64,000 nt of DNA from Alphaproteobacteria bacterium (GCA_964291675.2 OZ219865.1:1024001-1088000); one strand, 5' to 3'. Positions 30,325 through 40,152 are shown, counted from the stretch's first letter. Notes: generated by a model not told the origin, from the letters alone. Translations and numbers: made by a program.

Positions 30325-31340
30325 TTGGCCTTGTCATAGGCGCGGGCGGTCTGGCGCAGCTCGGCGAGCGCGGCGCGGGCGTCGTAGCCGCCCTTGCTGG
30401 CGCGCTCGATCCACGCCTCCTCGACCGGCTTCATCAGGCCGAGATAGGCCTGCTTCATGGCCGGCGTGGCGGTCTGGATCGTGGTTCCCGCCTCCTTGGC
30501 CGCGGCGAGGCCGGCCTTGTCCCCGGCATCCCACACGGTGCCGGCGAACTGCGACAGCTTCCCGCCGGAGACGCTCATCACTGCCTTGCGGTCGGCGTCG
30601 GAGAGCTTCTTCAGCGTGCCCGGGTTGATCAGCAGCGCGAAGCTCCCGTAATAGAGCCCGCCCGGCATGATCATCACATGCGGGACCACCTCCTTGAGGC
30701 GGAAGGTCTTCTGCGTCTCCATCGGCATGAAGATGCCGTCGGCGACGCCGGACGACAGCGCCTCGTAGACCTTGGGCGCCGGCAGCTTGACCGCGGTCAC
30801 GCCGAGCGCCTTGCCGACCAGGCTGCCGACCCCGCCGGGCACGCGGATCTTCATGCCCTTGAGGTCGGAGAGCGCCTTGAGCGGCTTCTTGGTCTGGATC
30901 ACCGCCGGCCCGTGCGACATCAGCCCGAGCAGCACCGTGCCGCGATGCTCGTTGGCCTTGTGCAGGTATTTCTCGTGGATCTTCCAGTAGGCGACGCCGG
31001 CGGCCTCGGCGCTGGTGCCGAGATTGGGCATCTCGACCACCTGGGTCGCGACATAGCGGGTGTTGTAGCCGTGGAAGATCCAGCCGGCGTCGGCGATGCC
31101 GTCGCGCACCACGCCGAACTGCTTGAGCGGCGAGGCGAGCTTGTACTCGATCTTGGTCTTGACCCGGCCCTGGGTCGCCTCGGTCACCCACTTGCCCCAG
31201 GTCGGCCACACGGTGGCGTTGAGGAAATGGGTCGGCGGCGCCCAGCTCGAGATCCGGAGCACGGTCTCGGCGCCGGCGGGGGCGGCTGCGAGCCCGGCGG
31301 CGAGGCAGCCGAGCGGCAGAAGCGCGATACGTTTCAACAT
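30321..31340 (-). CDS. TRAP transporter substrate-binding protein DctP
   Basis: Signal peptide, SWAPPTH, DLKGMKIR, YEALSSGVADG. Confidence 0.92.
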   Translation of the reverse strand: MLKRIALLPLGCLAAGLAAAPAGAETVLRISSWAPPTHFLNATVWPTWGKWVTEATQGRVKTKIEYKLASPLKQFGVVRDGIADAGWIFHGYNTRYVATQVVEMPNLGTSAEAAGVAYWKIHEKYLHKANEHRGTVLLGLMSHGPAVIQTKKPLKALSDLKGMKIRVPGGVGSLVGKALGVTAVKLPAPKVYEALSSGVADGIFMPMETQKTFRLKEVVPHVMIMPGGLYYGSFALLINPGTLKKLSDADRKAVMSVSGGKLSQFAGTVWDAGDKAGLAAAKEAGTTIQTATPAMKQAYLGLMKPVEEAWIERASKGGYDARAALAELRQTARAYDKAK

Positions 31341-31409
31341 GGTCGTCTCCCCTTGGATGGCGGCGAGCCTATCACGCGACGGCGGGCCTCGAAAACCGGA
31401 TCGGAGCCC

Positions 31410-32054
31410 CTACGCCGCGCTGGCGAACTCGTCCAGCACCCGCTGCTCGTAGGCGAGCAGCTTGCGCACGCTGTCGCGTCGCTGCATGCGCTCGAAATGG
31501 GCGGCGGTGTTGGGGAAGGCGGAGAGGTCGAAGTCGAACTGCGTCGCGCGCCGGCAGCACCAGAAGAAATGCGCATCGGGGGTGGTGAAGCGCTCGAAGA
31601 AGTACTCCCGCCCCTCCAGCATGCCGTCGGCGATGCCGAACGCCTCGGCGAGATACTCCCTGGCGTGGCCGACCACGTTGTCGTCCGCGCCCGGCAGGTC
31701 GCACACCCGGGGCGGGGCGTTGATGCGGCTGAGATAGGGGTGGATGCCCGACGAGCACCAGGAATGCAGCGAGACCGCCTCGAGCGCCTGCCACGGGTCG
31801 TCCGGCAACAGCCGGGCGTCGGGGAAGGCGCGCGCGATCCAGAGCTGGATCGCCGTGCTCTCGGTCATCGTCTGGCCGTCGACCGCCAAGAGCGGCACCT
31901 TGTGCTTGGGGTTGATCGCCATGTAGTCGGTCGACATGTGCTGCCGGCGGCGCAGGTCGAGCGGCCTGACCTCGAATTCCGCCCCGGCCTCGGTCAGCGT
32001 GATCCACGGCGCGAGCGCGCAGGTGACCGGAGCGTAGTAGAGGGTGATGTCCAT
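31410..32054 (-). CDS. glutathione S-transferase family protein
   Basis: LYYAPVTCAL, INPKHKVPLL, TESTAI. Confidence 0.9.
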   Translation of the reverse strand: MDITLYYAPVTCALAPWITLTEAGAEFEVRPLDLRRRQHMSTDYMAINPKHKVPLLAVDGQTMTESTAIQLWIARAFPDARLLPDDPWQALEAVSLHSWCSSGIHPYLSRINAPPRVCDLPGADDNVVGHAREYLAEAFGIADGMLEGREYFFERFTTPDAHFFWCCRRATQFDFDLSAFPNTAAHFERMQRRDSVRKLLAYEQRVLDEFASAA

Positions 32055-32225
32055 GACGTGCTCCTGGCGGGAATATTGATGGCGGCAGGAGCGTAGGAAC
32101 CCCCGCCCGACGCGGCAATGGGAGAGTGAGTGTCATGCAGCGGTCGCGGGCATGACGCGAGTCGTGGCGACTCCACCCCGCGTTGAGCGCACTATACTGA
32201 CGTAGGGTAGCTTGCAGCGCTGGGG

Positions 32226-33056
32226 GTGGTATTGGACGCCGTGCAGTTGCCGGGCTGGCTCGAGGCGTTGCGGAGAGACGAGATCATCGGCCCGGTCCGC
32301 AACGATCCCCGATCGCAAGGCGGCACGCGCTTCGGCATGACCTCGGACCAGGCGGTTGAAGCCATCGGCCGCGGTCAAGCCGACTTCGATGCCCCATTGG
32401 GAGCTTTGTCCCCGGACGACTTGGCGCTGCTCTACGCGTTCATGAACCAGAGGGGCCACGTCGAGGAACTGGTTACCGCTTTCGGCCAACTCCTGGCTGG
32501 CGCGCGGCCGGAGAATCCCATCGTCGTGGATATAGGCTGCGGTCCTTTCACCGGAGGCCTCGCCCTGGCGGCGACGCTTGGGGACGAGCCGTGCTTCGAC
32601 TATATCGGTGTTGACCGCGCGGAATCGATGCGGCGGCTCGGCGCGCGCCTGGCAGGCTCGAATCTCCTGCCCGGACAGGTGACAGCGCGTTGGGCTTTCG
32701 ACATCGACTCTGTCAAATGGCAGCGGCCTCCCGGGTTTCGGGAAGTGATCGTGATCGTCTCGTACCTGTTTGCCAGCCCGACCCTGGACGTCGAAGCCGT
32801 CTTCGGGGACCTCGAACGCCTGCTCGATCGGCTCGGCCGCGGTGCCGTGACGCTGCTCTACACCAACTCGGCGCGGCAAGAGCCCAACCGGCACTATCCG
32901 GAGTTCCGGGAGAGACTCGAATCGGCGGGCTTTCGCGTGCATGCACAGGATCAAGGCGAGATCGTCGTCGAGCGGTCCAGTCGTCGCCAAGCGCGCAGGC
33001 TGTACTACGCCCTTTTCCGCCGCCCTCCGCGGCAAACTCTGCGACTTGGAGACTGA
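32226..33056 (+). CDS. class I SAM-dependent methyltransferase-like protein
   Basis: VVDIGCGPFTGG motif I, YIGVDRAESM motif II, IVSYLFAS; alternative GTG start at 32241. Confidence 0.8.
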   Translation: MVLDAVQLPGWLEALRRDEIIGPVRNDPRSQGGTRFGMTSDQAVEAIGRGQADFDAPLGALSPDDLALLYAFMNQRGHVEELVTAFGQLLAGARPENPIVVDIGCGPFTGGLALAATLGDEPCFDYIGVDRAESMRRLGARLAGSNLLPGQVTARWAFDIDSVKWQRPPGFREVIVIVSYLFASPTLDVEAVFGDLERLLDRLGRGAVTLLYTNSARQEPNRHYPEFRERLESAGFRVHAQDQGEIVVERSSRRQARRLYYALFRRPPRQTLRLGD

Positions 33057-33057
33057 C

Positions 33058-34146
33058 GTGCGGCTGCCGACCTACGAAGAGATCGCTCGCGTCGAGGAGC
33101 AACTCGCGGTCTACGAGACGCCGTTCGACCAGTCGCTGTTTGTAGTGGGACCGCCCGGCTCCGGTAAGACGGTGCTCGCGGTCCATCGCGCCCAAATGAT
33201 CGCCGGCGCCGACGTCCAAGTAGTACTGATAACCTACAATCGAATGCTCCGTCGTCTCATCGTCCAGTTGACGGAGGAACAGGTCCAGGCGCAGACCATG
33301 CACAGCTTCGTGAGCGCTCGCTACTACGAGCAAACGAAGACTGGAGCGCCGCAGCCGGAAGAGTTCGATTACGACTGGCATGCGATGTTCGCGACGCTCA
33401 AGGAGCGTGGCGTGGTGCCCCAACCGATTTGTGCCATCGTCGACGAAGCCCAGGACCTTCCCCGGTCATTCTTCCGTTACCTCCGGGATTACGTGGCGAG
33501 CGCCGTCACGGTGTTCGCCGATGAGGACCAGGCCCTCCGCGCAGACCGTTCCACGCTCCGCGACATCCAGTCTGAGGGGCGTTTCGGCGATCCGGTCCTG
33601 CTGAGCGCCAATCATCGCAACACGCCCGAGATCGCGCGTGTCGCCGAGTTCTTTCACGCGGGCGATGCTCCCGTGCCCGAGGTGAAGCGCGGTCGGTCCA
33701 GCGAACTGCCGCGCCTGGTAGCCTGTCGCATGGAGAGCGCGACCGTGCTGATCGCCAACTGGTACAGTACACGCGGTGGCCGCGTCGGTGTCGCGGTGGT
33801 CCGCAACGACACGGGAGAGAGCCTGTACTCCCGCTTGCGCGATCGACTCCCGGGACAACCTGTCAACATCTACACGACCGACAGAAAGAACGAGAACGAG
33901 ATCGACCTCCTGGGACGGGGAGTGACGATATTGAACGTGGGGTCGATCAAGGGGCAAGAGTTCGACACCGTCTTCGTCATGGAGGTCGGCAAACTTCTTC
34001 TCCACAGCAACCCGGTGAATCAACGCAAGATGTACATGCTTTGCGCCCGGGCGCGGGATAGTCTCTTCCTGATGCATGAGGGCGACCGCTTGCCCGATGC
34101 GCTCCTCGACCGGTTGCCGGGCCCCGAATTCCTGGAACGGCCATGA
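33058..34146 (+). CDS. minimal superfamily-1 (UvrD-like) helicase/ATPase
   Basis: GPPGSGKT, IVDEAQD, DEDQAL, NHRNT, SIKGQEFD, YMLCARAR; GTG 1 nt after the upstream stop. Confidence 0.88.
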   Translation: MRLPTYEEIARVEEQLAVYETPFDQSLFVVGPPGSGKTVLAVHRAQMIAGADVQVVLITYNRMLRRLIVQLTEEQVQAQTMHSFVSARYYEQTKTGAPQPEEFDYDWHAMFATLKERGVVPQPICAIVDEAQDLPRSFFRYLRDYVASAVTVFADEDQALRADRSTLRDIQSEGRFGDPVLLSANHRNTPEIARVAEFFHAGDAPVPEVKRGRSSELPRLVACRMESATVLIANWYSTRGGRVGVAVVRNDTGESLYSRLRDRLPGQPVNIYTTDRKNENEIDLLGRGVTILNVGSIKGQEFDTVFVMEVGKLLLHSNPVNQRKMYMLCARARDSLFLMHEGDRLPDALLDRLPGPEFLERP

Positions 34147-36419
34147 GCGGACAGACAAATTTCGACTTCATGGACCCGCCGGACGGAAGCGCGGAGCGTG
34201 CGGCCGATGGAAGTCCTCCGGGCCAGGACGGCGACCGGAGATCGGCTGGTTGGCTGGGCCTCGCGACGAACCATCGAAGGCTGTTCGTCGCCAGCCAGGA
34301 CGGTTGGCTGCGCCCGCCCCCCGGCTCCTGCTTCCTTCTGGGACGGGAGAGCTTCGTATCGGAGGAAGTTTCCGGTGCCCGAAACGCGATCCCGATACGC
34401 CTCGCCTTCGACGTTGACAAGCTCCCCTTCCCGGACGCCCGGAGAGACCTGGAACGTGACGATGGCGACGTGTCCCCGGTCGTTCCCTGGCGCGCACCGA
34501 TCCCCCTCTATGCGGCCACGACCGTCGAAGTCCCCTCCGACGGACAGAAGACACACCTCCTCGCGATGGCGGGACAATTCTCCAACCTCTCCCTGCCGGA
34601 CACAGCGGTCGCGGTGACCGGGTTCGCGCCGGAACCTGCCCCGACGGGCGATCCCGGAACCCCGGAAGCCCGACCTTTGGAATTGCCCGAGGCGTTGAAC
34701 GCCATCCAGGGGGCGATGGCGATGGCGGTTTGGGCGGTGCCCCACGTGGAGCCGTGGATCGAGGTCTTGCGCCGGATCCTCGGGCGGAACGCGGCCGGGT
34801 TTGCGAAAGAAACCTTACGGCTCGACGCGCAATGGTTGCAGGTCCCTTGGCTGGATGGAGACCCTTCGGAAGGTGTTGGGGACAATTCAGACGATCAAGA
34901 GCGGCTGTGGCGGGCGGCATTGTCCTGCATGGAATGGCCGAAAGCCGAGGAAGAATCCCCCGCCACACTCGCCGGCCGGATAGCGCAAACAGCCTCTCTC
35001 GACGAGACGCACCCTTGGCCGGAGCGGACTCGACGGATCGTCGCAGGAAATGAGACGGTCTCCTGCGACGATTGGCGCGGCAACGGCGCAGGCCTCGCCA
35101 TATGGCTCGCCCTGCTGCGGCCGGACCCGATGAGATTCAGAACCTGGAACCAGGACCTGCCGGGTCTGCCGCCCGGGGTGTGGTGGGCCGCCGCCACCCT
35201 GTGCGGATGGCGCCACGGCTACCGGGCTCTCGACAGGGAATTCCGCGGCGATGCCGGGCTGCGGGAATACCTGGCGACCCGCGCTCTGGCGGCTTCCTGG
35301 CCGGGCGGCGAGGCGGCGGCGCTGCCGCCCTCTCAACGGTCTGCCCTCGAACGGATGGACGAGGACGGCTACTTCACGCTGGCCTGGCGCGGCGCGCCGG
35401 TGCTTCGCAAGCAGTGGAAAGCCCGCGCCAAGTGGTACGCCGCCGACCTCACCGCCACCGCCGCCGGCGAGGCGGCCCGGGACCTCGCCGGTCGGTTGGC
35501 CTGGCCGTGCATCGAGCGCCGGCTTTCCTTGCCGAAAGGGCGCTGGCATGCCGATGGAAGCGGCAACTGGTTCGTCGATGGCGACGATCTTGTCGTTGAA
35601 GGGAAGAAAAGCCTTCGACTGCCGCAGGACGTCGATGTCGAAGAGCGCGTGGATCCCGACGAGTTTCGTCGCAGGCTGGCGACCGAAGCCGGCGTCGTTC
35701 CAGACCCACCGCAGGTCTTTGCGCGCCGGTTCGAGGCGGTGGCCGGCGTCGTCATGGAGTCGCCGGAGGCCTATCGTGCCCCGTCGATGACGGAGGAAGT
35801 CGTCACGGCGGACTTGCCGCGAGCCGATCGAGCCCAGTCCGCAATCGAGCCGCCGGGCTTGATTTGCAGGCCGGAATTCATCACGGAGGAAGAAGAGGCC
35901 AAGCTGTTGGCGTGGATCGACGGAGCCGAGTGGAGCACGGAACTTCAACGCCGAGTGCAGCACTATGGGTGGCGCTACGACTACAAGAAGCGCGGGATCG
36001 ACGAATCGGACCGCGCGCCGGAACTCCCGGAATGGGCGCACGAATTGGGCCATAGACTAGTGGACGAAGGGTTGATCCCGAACCGGCCCGATCAGCTGAT
36101 CGTCAACGAATATCTCGGCGACCAGGGCATCGCGCCCCATATCGACCATCCGGACGACTTCGCCGAGCATATAGCGACGATCAGCCTGCTCGAGACGTGG
36201 CTGATGTTTTTCCACCGCACGAGCGACCGGAAAATGCTACCCAAACACCTGGAACGTCGCAGCGTCGCGGTCCTGACGGGCGATGCGCGATACAAATGGA
36301 AACACGAAATCCCGCAGCGCAAGACCGTCCCTCCGATAGGCGGCAAGGGCAAACGCACGCCACGATCCCGACGGGTTTCACTGACCTTCCGCACAACGCG
36401 ATTCAGCCTGGACGCCTGA
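34143..36419 (+). CDS. large protein: about 570-aa unrecognised N-terminus fused to an AlkB-family 2OG-Fe(II) dioxygenase
   Basis: RRVQHYGWRYDY, DQLIVNEY..DQGIAPHID, RYKWKHEI, RRVSLTFR; ATGA overlap with the helicase stop. Confidence 0.85.
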   Translation: MSGQTNFDFMDPPDGSAERAADGSPPGQDGDRRSAGWLGLATNHRRLFVASQDGWLRPPPGSCFLLGRESFVSEEVSGARNAIPIRLAFDVDKLPFPDARRDLERDDGDVSPVVPWRAPIPLYAATTVEVPSDGQKTHLLAMAGQFSNLSLPDTAVAVTGFAPEPAPTGDPGTPEARPLELPEALNAIQGAMAMAVWAVPHVEPWIEVLRRILGRNAAGFAKETLRLDAQWLQVPWLDGDPSEGVGDNSDDQERLWRAALSCMEWPKAEEESPATLAGRIAQTASLDETHPWPERTRRIVAGNETVSCDDWRGNGAGLAIWLALLRPDPMRFRTWNQDLPGLPPGVWWAAATLCGWRHGYRALDREFRGDAGLREYLATRALAASWPGGEAAALPPSQRSALERMDEDGYFTLAWRGAPVLRKQWKARAKWYAADLTATAAGEAARDLAGRLAWPCIERRLSLPKGRWHADGSGNWFVDGDDLVVEGKKSLRLPQDVDVEERVDPDEFRRRLATEAGVVPDPPQVFARRFEAVAGVVMESPEAYRAPSMTEEVVTADLPRADRAQSAIEPPGLICRPEFITEEEEAKLLAWIDGAEWSTELQRRVQHYGWRYDYKKRGIDESDRAPELPEWAHELGHRLVDEGLIPNRPDQLIVNEYLGDQGIAPHIDHPDDFAEHIATISLLETWLMFFHRTSDRKMLPKHLERRSVAVLTGDARYKWKHEIPQRKTVPPIGGKGKRTPRSRRVSLTFRTTRFSLDA

Positions 36420-36439
36420 GCGATCGCCTGCCGGGGCTA

Positions 36440-38827
36440 TCACACCCGCCCGAGCGCCCTCAGCACGGTCTCCGGCGTGATCGGGTGCTCGGTCACCCTG
36501 GCGCCGAACGGCGTGAGCGCGTCGTTGACCGCGTTCATCACCGCCGACGGCGCGCCGCCGACGCCCGATTCGCCGACCCCCTTGGCGCCGAGCTCGGATT
36601 CGGCGGTCGGCGTCTCGACATGGGCCACGTCGATGTCGGGCATCTCCAGCGCCATCGGCGTCAGGTAGTCGACCATGGTGCCGTTCTGGAGCTGCGCGTT
36701 CTCGTCGTAGATGCAGTGCTCGTAGAGCCCGCCGCCGATCCCTTGGATGGCGCCGCCGCGGACCTGCTCGTCGGCCAGCATGGGGTTGACCACCCGGCCG
36801 CAATCCTCCACCACCCAGTGGTCGAGCAGCCGCACCATGCCGGTCTCGACATCGACCTCGACATGCGAGGCGTGCGCGCCGTTGGTAAATATGTAGATCC
36901 GGTCGCGCAGGCGGAAATGCCGCGTCTGGGTGAGCTCGGGCTGGATGTCGTTGGGCAGCTCGCCGACCTGGAAATGGCCGATGCGGCCGATCTCGGCGAG
37001 CGAGACTCTGGCCGTCGTGCCGCCCGCATCCACCACCTCGCCGCCGGCCACGTCCAGCCGCTCCGGCGCGGTCTGCAGCAGCGCCCCGGCGAGCCGCAGG
37101 ATCTCGGCGCGCAGCGCGCGGCCGGCGAGCCAGGTCGCCTCGCCGCCGATCGCCGTCGCCCGGCTGGCATAGGTGCCCCCGCCATAGGGCACCGCGTCGG
37201 TATCGCCCGAGATCACCCGGACGCGCTCGATCGGCACGCCGACGGCGGTCGCCGCGATCTGGCGCATCGCCGCATCCGCCCCCTGCCCCTGCTCGGTGAC
37301 GCCGACGGCACACAGCACGCCGCCGCCGGGCTCCAGGCTCATCGTGCAGGCGTCCTGCGAGGCGATCGGCGCCTTGCCGGCGCCGTAATAGCCCTCCGGC
37401 CCGGGCGCGGTGCCCTTGATGAAGCAGCAGACGCCGATGCCGCGCCAGACGCCGTCTGCGCGCAGCCGCGCCTGCTCGGCGCGCAGGCGGTCGTAGTCGA
37501 TGCGCGCGACGAGCTGCTCCAGGCAGGCCTGGTGCGACAGGTCCTGGACGTGCACGCCGGATGCGGTGCTGCGCGGGTAGGAGTCGTCCTGCATCAGGTT
37601 GCGCCGGCGCAGCTCGACCGGGTCCATGCCGATGGTCCCGGCGGCGAGGTCGAGCAGCGCCTCGCTGGCGGAGATGCCGATCGGGTGGCCGACGCCGCGA
37701 TACTGCGAGGTCGGCACGCCGTTGAGATAGACGATTTTCGCCACCGCCCGGTAGTTCGCGTGCCGGTAGGGCCCGCCGGCGATATTCAGGATCTGGTTGG
37801 CCTCGAACACGCTGGTGCGGGGGTACTGCGAATAGGCGCCGACGCCCGACAGGTCGTCGATCTCCAGCGCGGTGATCTCGCCGTCCCGGGTGAGGGCCAT
37901 GCGCGCCCTGATGCGGTTCTCGCGGGCGTGGATGTCGGTGACGAAGGATTCGAGCCGGTCGGCGACGAACTTGACCGGCCGGCCGAGCAGTATCGCCAGC
38001 GCGCAGACCGCGACCTCGTCGCCATAGGTGTGGATCTTGAGCCCGAACGAGCCGCCGACATCGGGCGCCACGATGCGGATGTTGTGCTCGTCGACCGGCA
38101 GATGCCGCGCGAACACGGTCTTGATCATGTGCGGCACCTGGCTGGAGGTGTGGACGGTGAGCTTCTCCGCCCCGGGGTCCCAGTCGGCGAGCAGGGCGCG
38201 CGGCTCCAGGCTGACCGCGGTGTGGCGGCCGAACTCGTAGGTCTCCTCGACCGTCACCGCGCCGGCGGCGGCGAAGGCGGCATCGACGTCGCCGTTGTCG
38301 ATGTCGCGGCGCCAGGCGAGGTTGTCGCCGAGCCCGGGATGCAGCACGGTGGCGCCCGGGCCGAGCGCGCGCTCCTTGTCGATGACGACGGGAAGCTCCT
38401 GCCACTCGATCTCGACCAGCTCGGCCGCGTCCTCGGCCTCGGCCCGGGTGCGCGCGCAGACCGCCGCCACCGGCTCGCCCTGCCAGCACGCGCGGTCGGT
38501 CGCCATCGCGTGCTGCTCGGCCGCCTTCATCCCCTCGAAGCTGGTCAGCATCCCCGACCAGGGCGGGCAGTGGCGGGCGAGCTCGGCGCCGGTCATCGCG
38601 CAGACCACGCCGGGATGGGCGGCCGCCGCCGCGGTGTCGATGCCGAGGATGCGGGCATGGCCGTAGGGGCTGCGCACGAACGCCGCGTGCACCATGCGGG
38701 GCAGCGCGATGTCGTCGGTATAGCGCCCCCGCCCCGCCACCGCCCGCCTGGCGCCGGGGCGCGACAGCACCCGGCCGACATAGGAGTTGGGACCGTCGAA
38801 GGGGGTGACCGGATTGCCAGACGACAC
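36440..38827 (-). CDS. xanthine dehydrogenase/CoxL family molybdopterin-binding subunit
   Basis: GRGRYTDD, VGGSFGLKI, QYRGVGHP, GTYASR, GAKGVGESG. Confidence 0.92.
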   Translation of the reverse strand: MSSGNPVTPFDGPNSYVGRVLSRPGARRAVAGRGRYTDDIALPRMVHAAFVRSPYGHARILGIDTAAAAAHPGVVCAMTGAELARHCPPWSGMLTSFEGMKAAEQHAMATDRACWQGEPVAAVCARTRAEAEDAAELVEIEWQELPVVIDKERALGPGATVLHPGLGDNLAWRRDIDNGDVDAAFAAAGAVTVEETYEFGRHTAVSLEPRALLADWDPGAEKLTVHTSSQVPHMIKTVFARHLPVDEHNIRIVAPDVGGSFGLKIHTYGDEVAVCALAILLGRPVKFVADRLESFVTDIHARENRIRARMALTRDGEITALEIDDLSGVGAYSQYPRTSVFEANQILNIAGGPYRHANYRAVAKIVYLNGVPTSQYRGVGHPIGISASEALLDLAAGTIGMDPVELRRRNLMQDDSYPRSTASGVHVQDLSHQACLEQLVARIDYDRLRAEQARLRADGVWRGIGVCCFIKGTAPGPEGYYGAGKAPIASQDACTMSLEPGGGVLCAVGVTEQGQGADAAMRQIAATAVGVPIERVRVISGDTDAVPYGGGTYASRATAIGGEATWLAGRALRAEILRLAGALLQTAPERLDVAGGEVVDAGGTTARVSLAEIGRIGHFQVGELPNDIQPELTQTRHFRLRDRIYIFTNGAHASHVEVDVETGMVRLLDHWVVEDCGRVVNPMLADEQVRGGAIQGIGGGLYEHCIYDENAQLQNGTMVDYLTPMALEMPDIDVAHVETPTAESELGAKGVGESGVGGAPSAVMNAVNDALTPFGARVTEHPITPETVLRALGRV

Positions 38828-39050
38828 GGCGCGCTCCGTCAGGGGTTCGGGATCGGCCGGGACGCTAGCAACATCGGCGGGCCGTGGCTATGGCGGGCGG
38901 GGGCGGTGGCCATATCGATCGGCACCGCGGTCGAATTCACGGACAACCGGCCCGGGCGATCCCTCGATACGGCGCCCCGCGCCTACTCGGGATGAGCCTG
39001 TGCCTGTCCTCGCTGCGCTGCGGCATTTGTCGAGCCATAGCAACCCCCCT

Positions 39051-39162
39051 CGTCATGCCCGGACTTGATCCGGGCACCCATGCGACCCCTCCGCGCGCAA
39101 GGCGGCCGGGCGGGAGAGGCGGTGGCGCCAGTGGGTGCCCGGATCAAGTCCGGGCATGACGA
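39051..39162. repeat. inverted REP doublet (REPIN-like)
   Basis: CGTCATGCCCGGACTTGATCCGGGCACCCA ... TGGGTGCCCGGATCAAGTCCGGGCATGACG; right half nearly identical to 24240-24300. Confidence 0.88.
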
Positions 39163-39207
39163 ATGGGGGGCATGGCGATGGCAGGGACGAAGCCCCGGAA
39201 AATGACC

Positions 39208-39254
39208 TTATATGCAAATTAATGCTTGACATGGGACGCGTTTTGGGGTAGATT
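39208..39254 (+). promoter_or_regulatory. sigma70-type promoter with an upstream CtrA-like box
   Basis: TTGACA(39226)-N17-TAGATT(39249); TTAT-N7-TTAA at 39208-39222. Confidence 0.65.
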
Positions 39255-39272
39255 TGGCATGCTAGCCAATGT

Positions 39273-39300
39273 GGGCGCCGGAACTCCCGGCGCCCTTTTT
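39273..39300 (+). terminator. intrinsic terminator between the promoter and the amidase gene
   Basis: GGGCGCCGG-AACTC-CCGGCGCCC-TTTTT. Confidence 0.75.
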
Positions 39301-39323
39301 CGTTGCCGCAAAGGAGACCCGCC

Positions 39324-39788
39324 ATGCAATTCGCCAAGCCCGCCCGCCCGGTCGATCGCGTCTTCCTGCATTGCAGCGCGAGCGACAACCCGGACCACGA
39401 CGATATCGGCACGATCCGCGCATGGCATGTCGACGGCAATGGCTGGTCGGATGTCGGCTACCACTATTTCATCCGCAAGGACGGCACGCTGGAAGCCGGA
39501 CGGGCGCTGGAGCGCACCCCGGCGGCGCAGTCCGGCAACAACGCGGGCACCGTGGCGGTCTGCCTGCACGGCCTGGCGGCGGAGAATTTCACCGAGGCGC
39601 AGTTCCGCACCCTCGCCGCCCTCGCGCGCGAGATCGACGAAGCCTATTCCGGCCGCGTCACCTTCCACGGCCATTGCGAGGTCTCGGCCAAGTCCTGCCC
39701 GGTGTTTCCCTATGCCGAGGTGCTGGGGCTCGACGAGGCGGGCCGGATGGCGCAGCCGCGGCCGGACGACCCGGCCGTCGCCGCGTAG
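39324..39788 (+). CDS. N-acetylmuramoyl-L-alanine amidase (T7 lysozyme-like, Amidase_2)
   Basis: VFLHCSAS, GWSDVGYHYFIRKDGTLEAGR, FHGHCEV..KSCP; RBS AAGGAG; no signal peptide. Confidence 0.9.
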   Translation: MQFAKPARPVDRVFLHCSASDNPDHDDIGTIRAWHVDGNGWSDVGYHYFIRKDGTLEAGRALERTPAAQSGNNAGTVAVCLHGLAAENFTEAQFRTLAALAREIDEAYSGRVTFHGHCEVSAKSCPVFPYAEVLGLDEAGRMAQPRPDDPAVAA

Positions 39789-39789
39789 C

Positions 39790-40152
39790 CTAGCCGGACG
39801 GGCGCGCGGCGACGGCGATCAGCTCGATCTTGTTGCCGCCGGCGAAGGTCACCTGCACGCAGGACCGCATCGGCCAGCCGGCCGGGTCGTCGCCGATCCA
39901 GCGCGCCCACATCTCGTCGAAGCCGGGCTTCTCGCCGATGTCGTGCAGATAGACCTGCACGCCGAGCAGGCGCGACCGGTCGGTTCCCGCCGCCGCCAGC
40001 CCGCGGTCGAGCGCCTCGAAGGCGCGCTCGGCCTGATCCCGGAACGGCAGGGAGAAATCGTCCGACATGCCGAGCACCCAGGCGAGGTTCTCGAAGGCCG
40101 AGCCCCAGCAGCGGCTCGGCACGTTGCCGGGAATGCGCAGGATGTCGGTCAT
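39790..40152 (-). CDS. RidA/YjgF family protein
   Basis: QAERAF, AAAGTDRSRLL, FDEMWARWI, PMRSCVQ, IELIAVA. Confidence 0.85.
   Translation of the reverse strand: MTDILRIPGNVPSRCWGSAFENLAWVLGMSDDFSLPFRDQAERAFEALDRGLAAAGTDRSRLLGVQVYLHDIGEKPGFDEMWARWIGDDPAGWPMRSCVQVTFAGGNKIELIAVAARPSG

Noticed and set aside
39324-39788. Prophage
   Set aside because: A single lysozyme-like gene with no integrase, structural or holin genes nearby.
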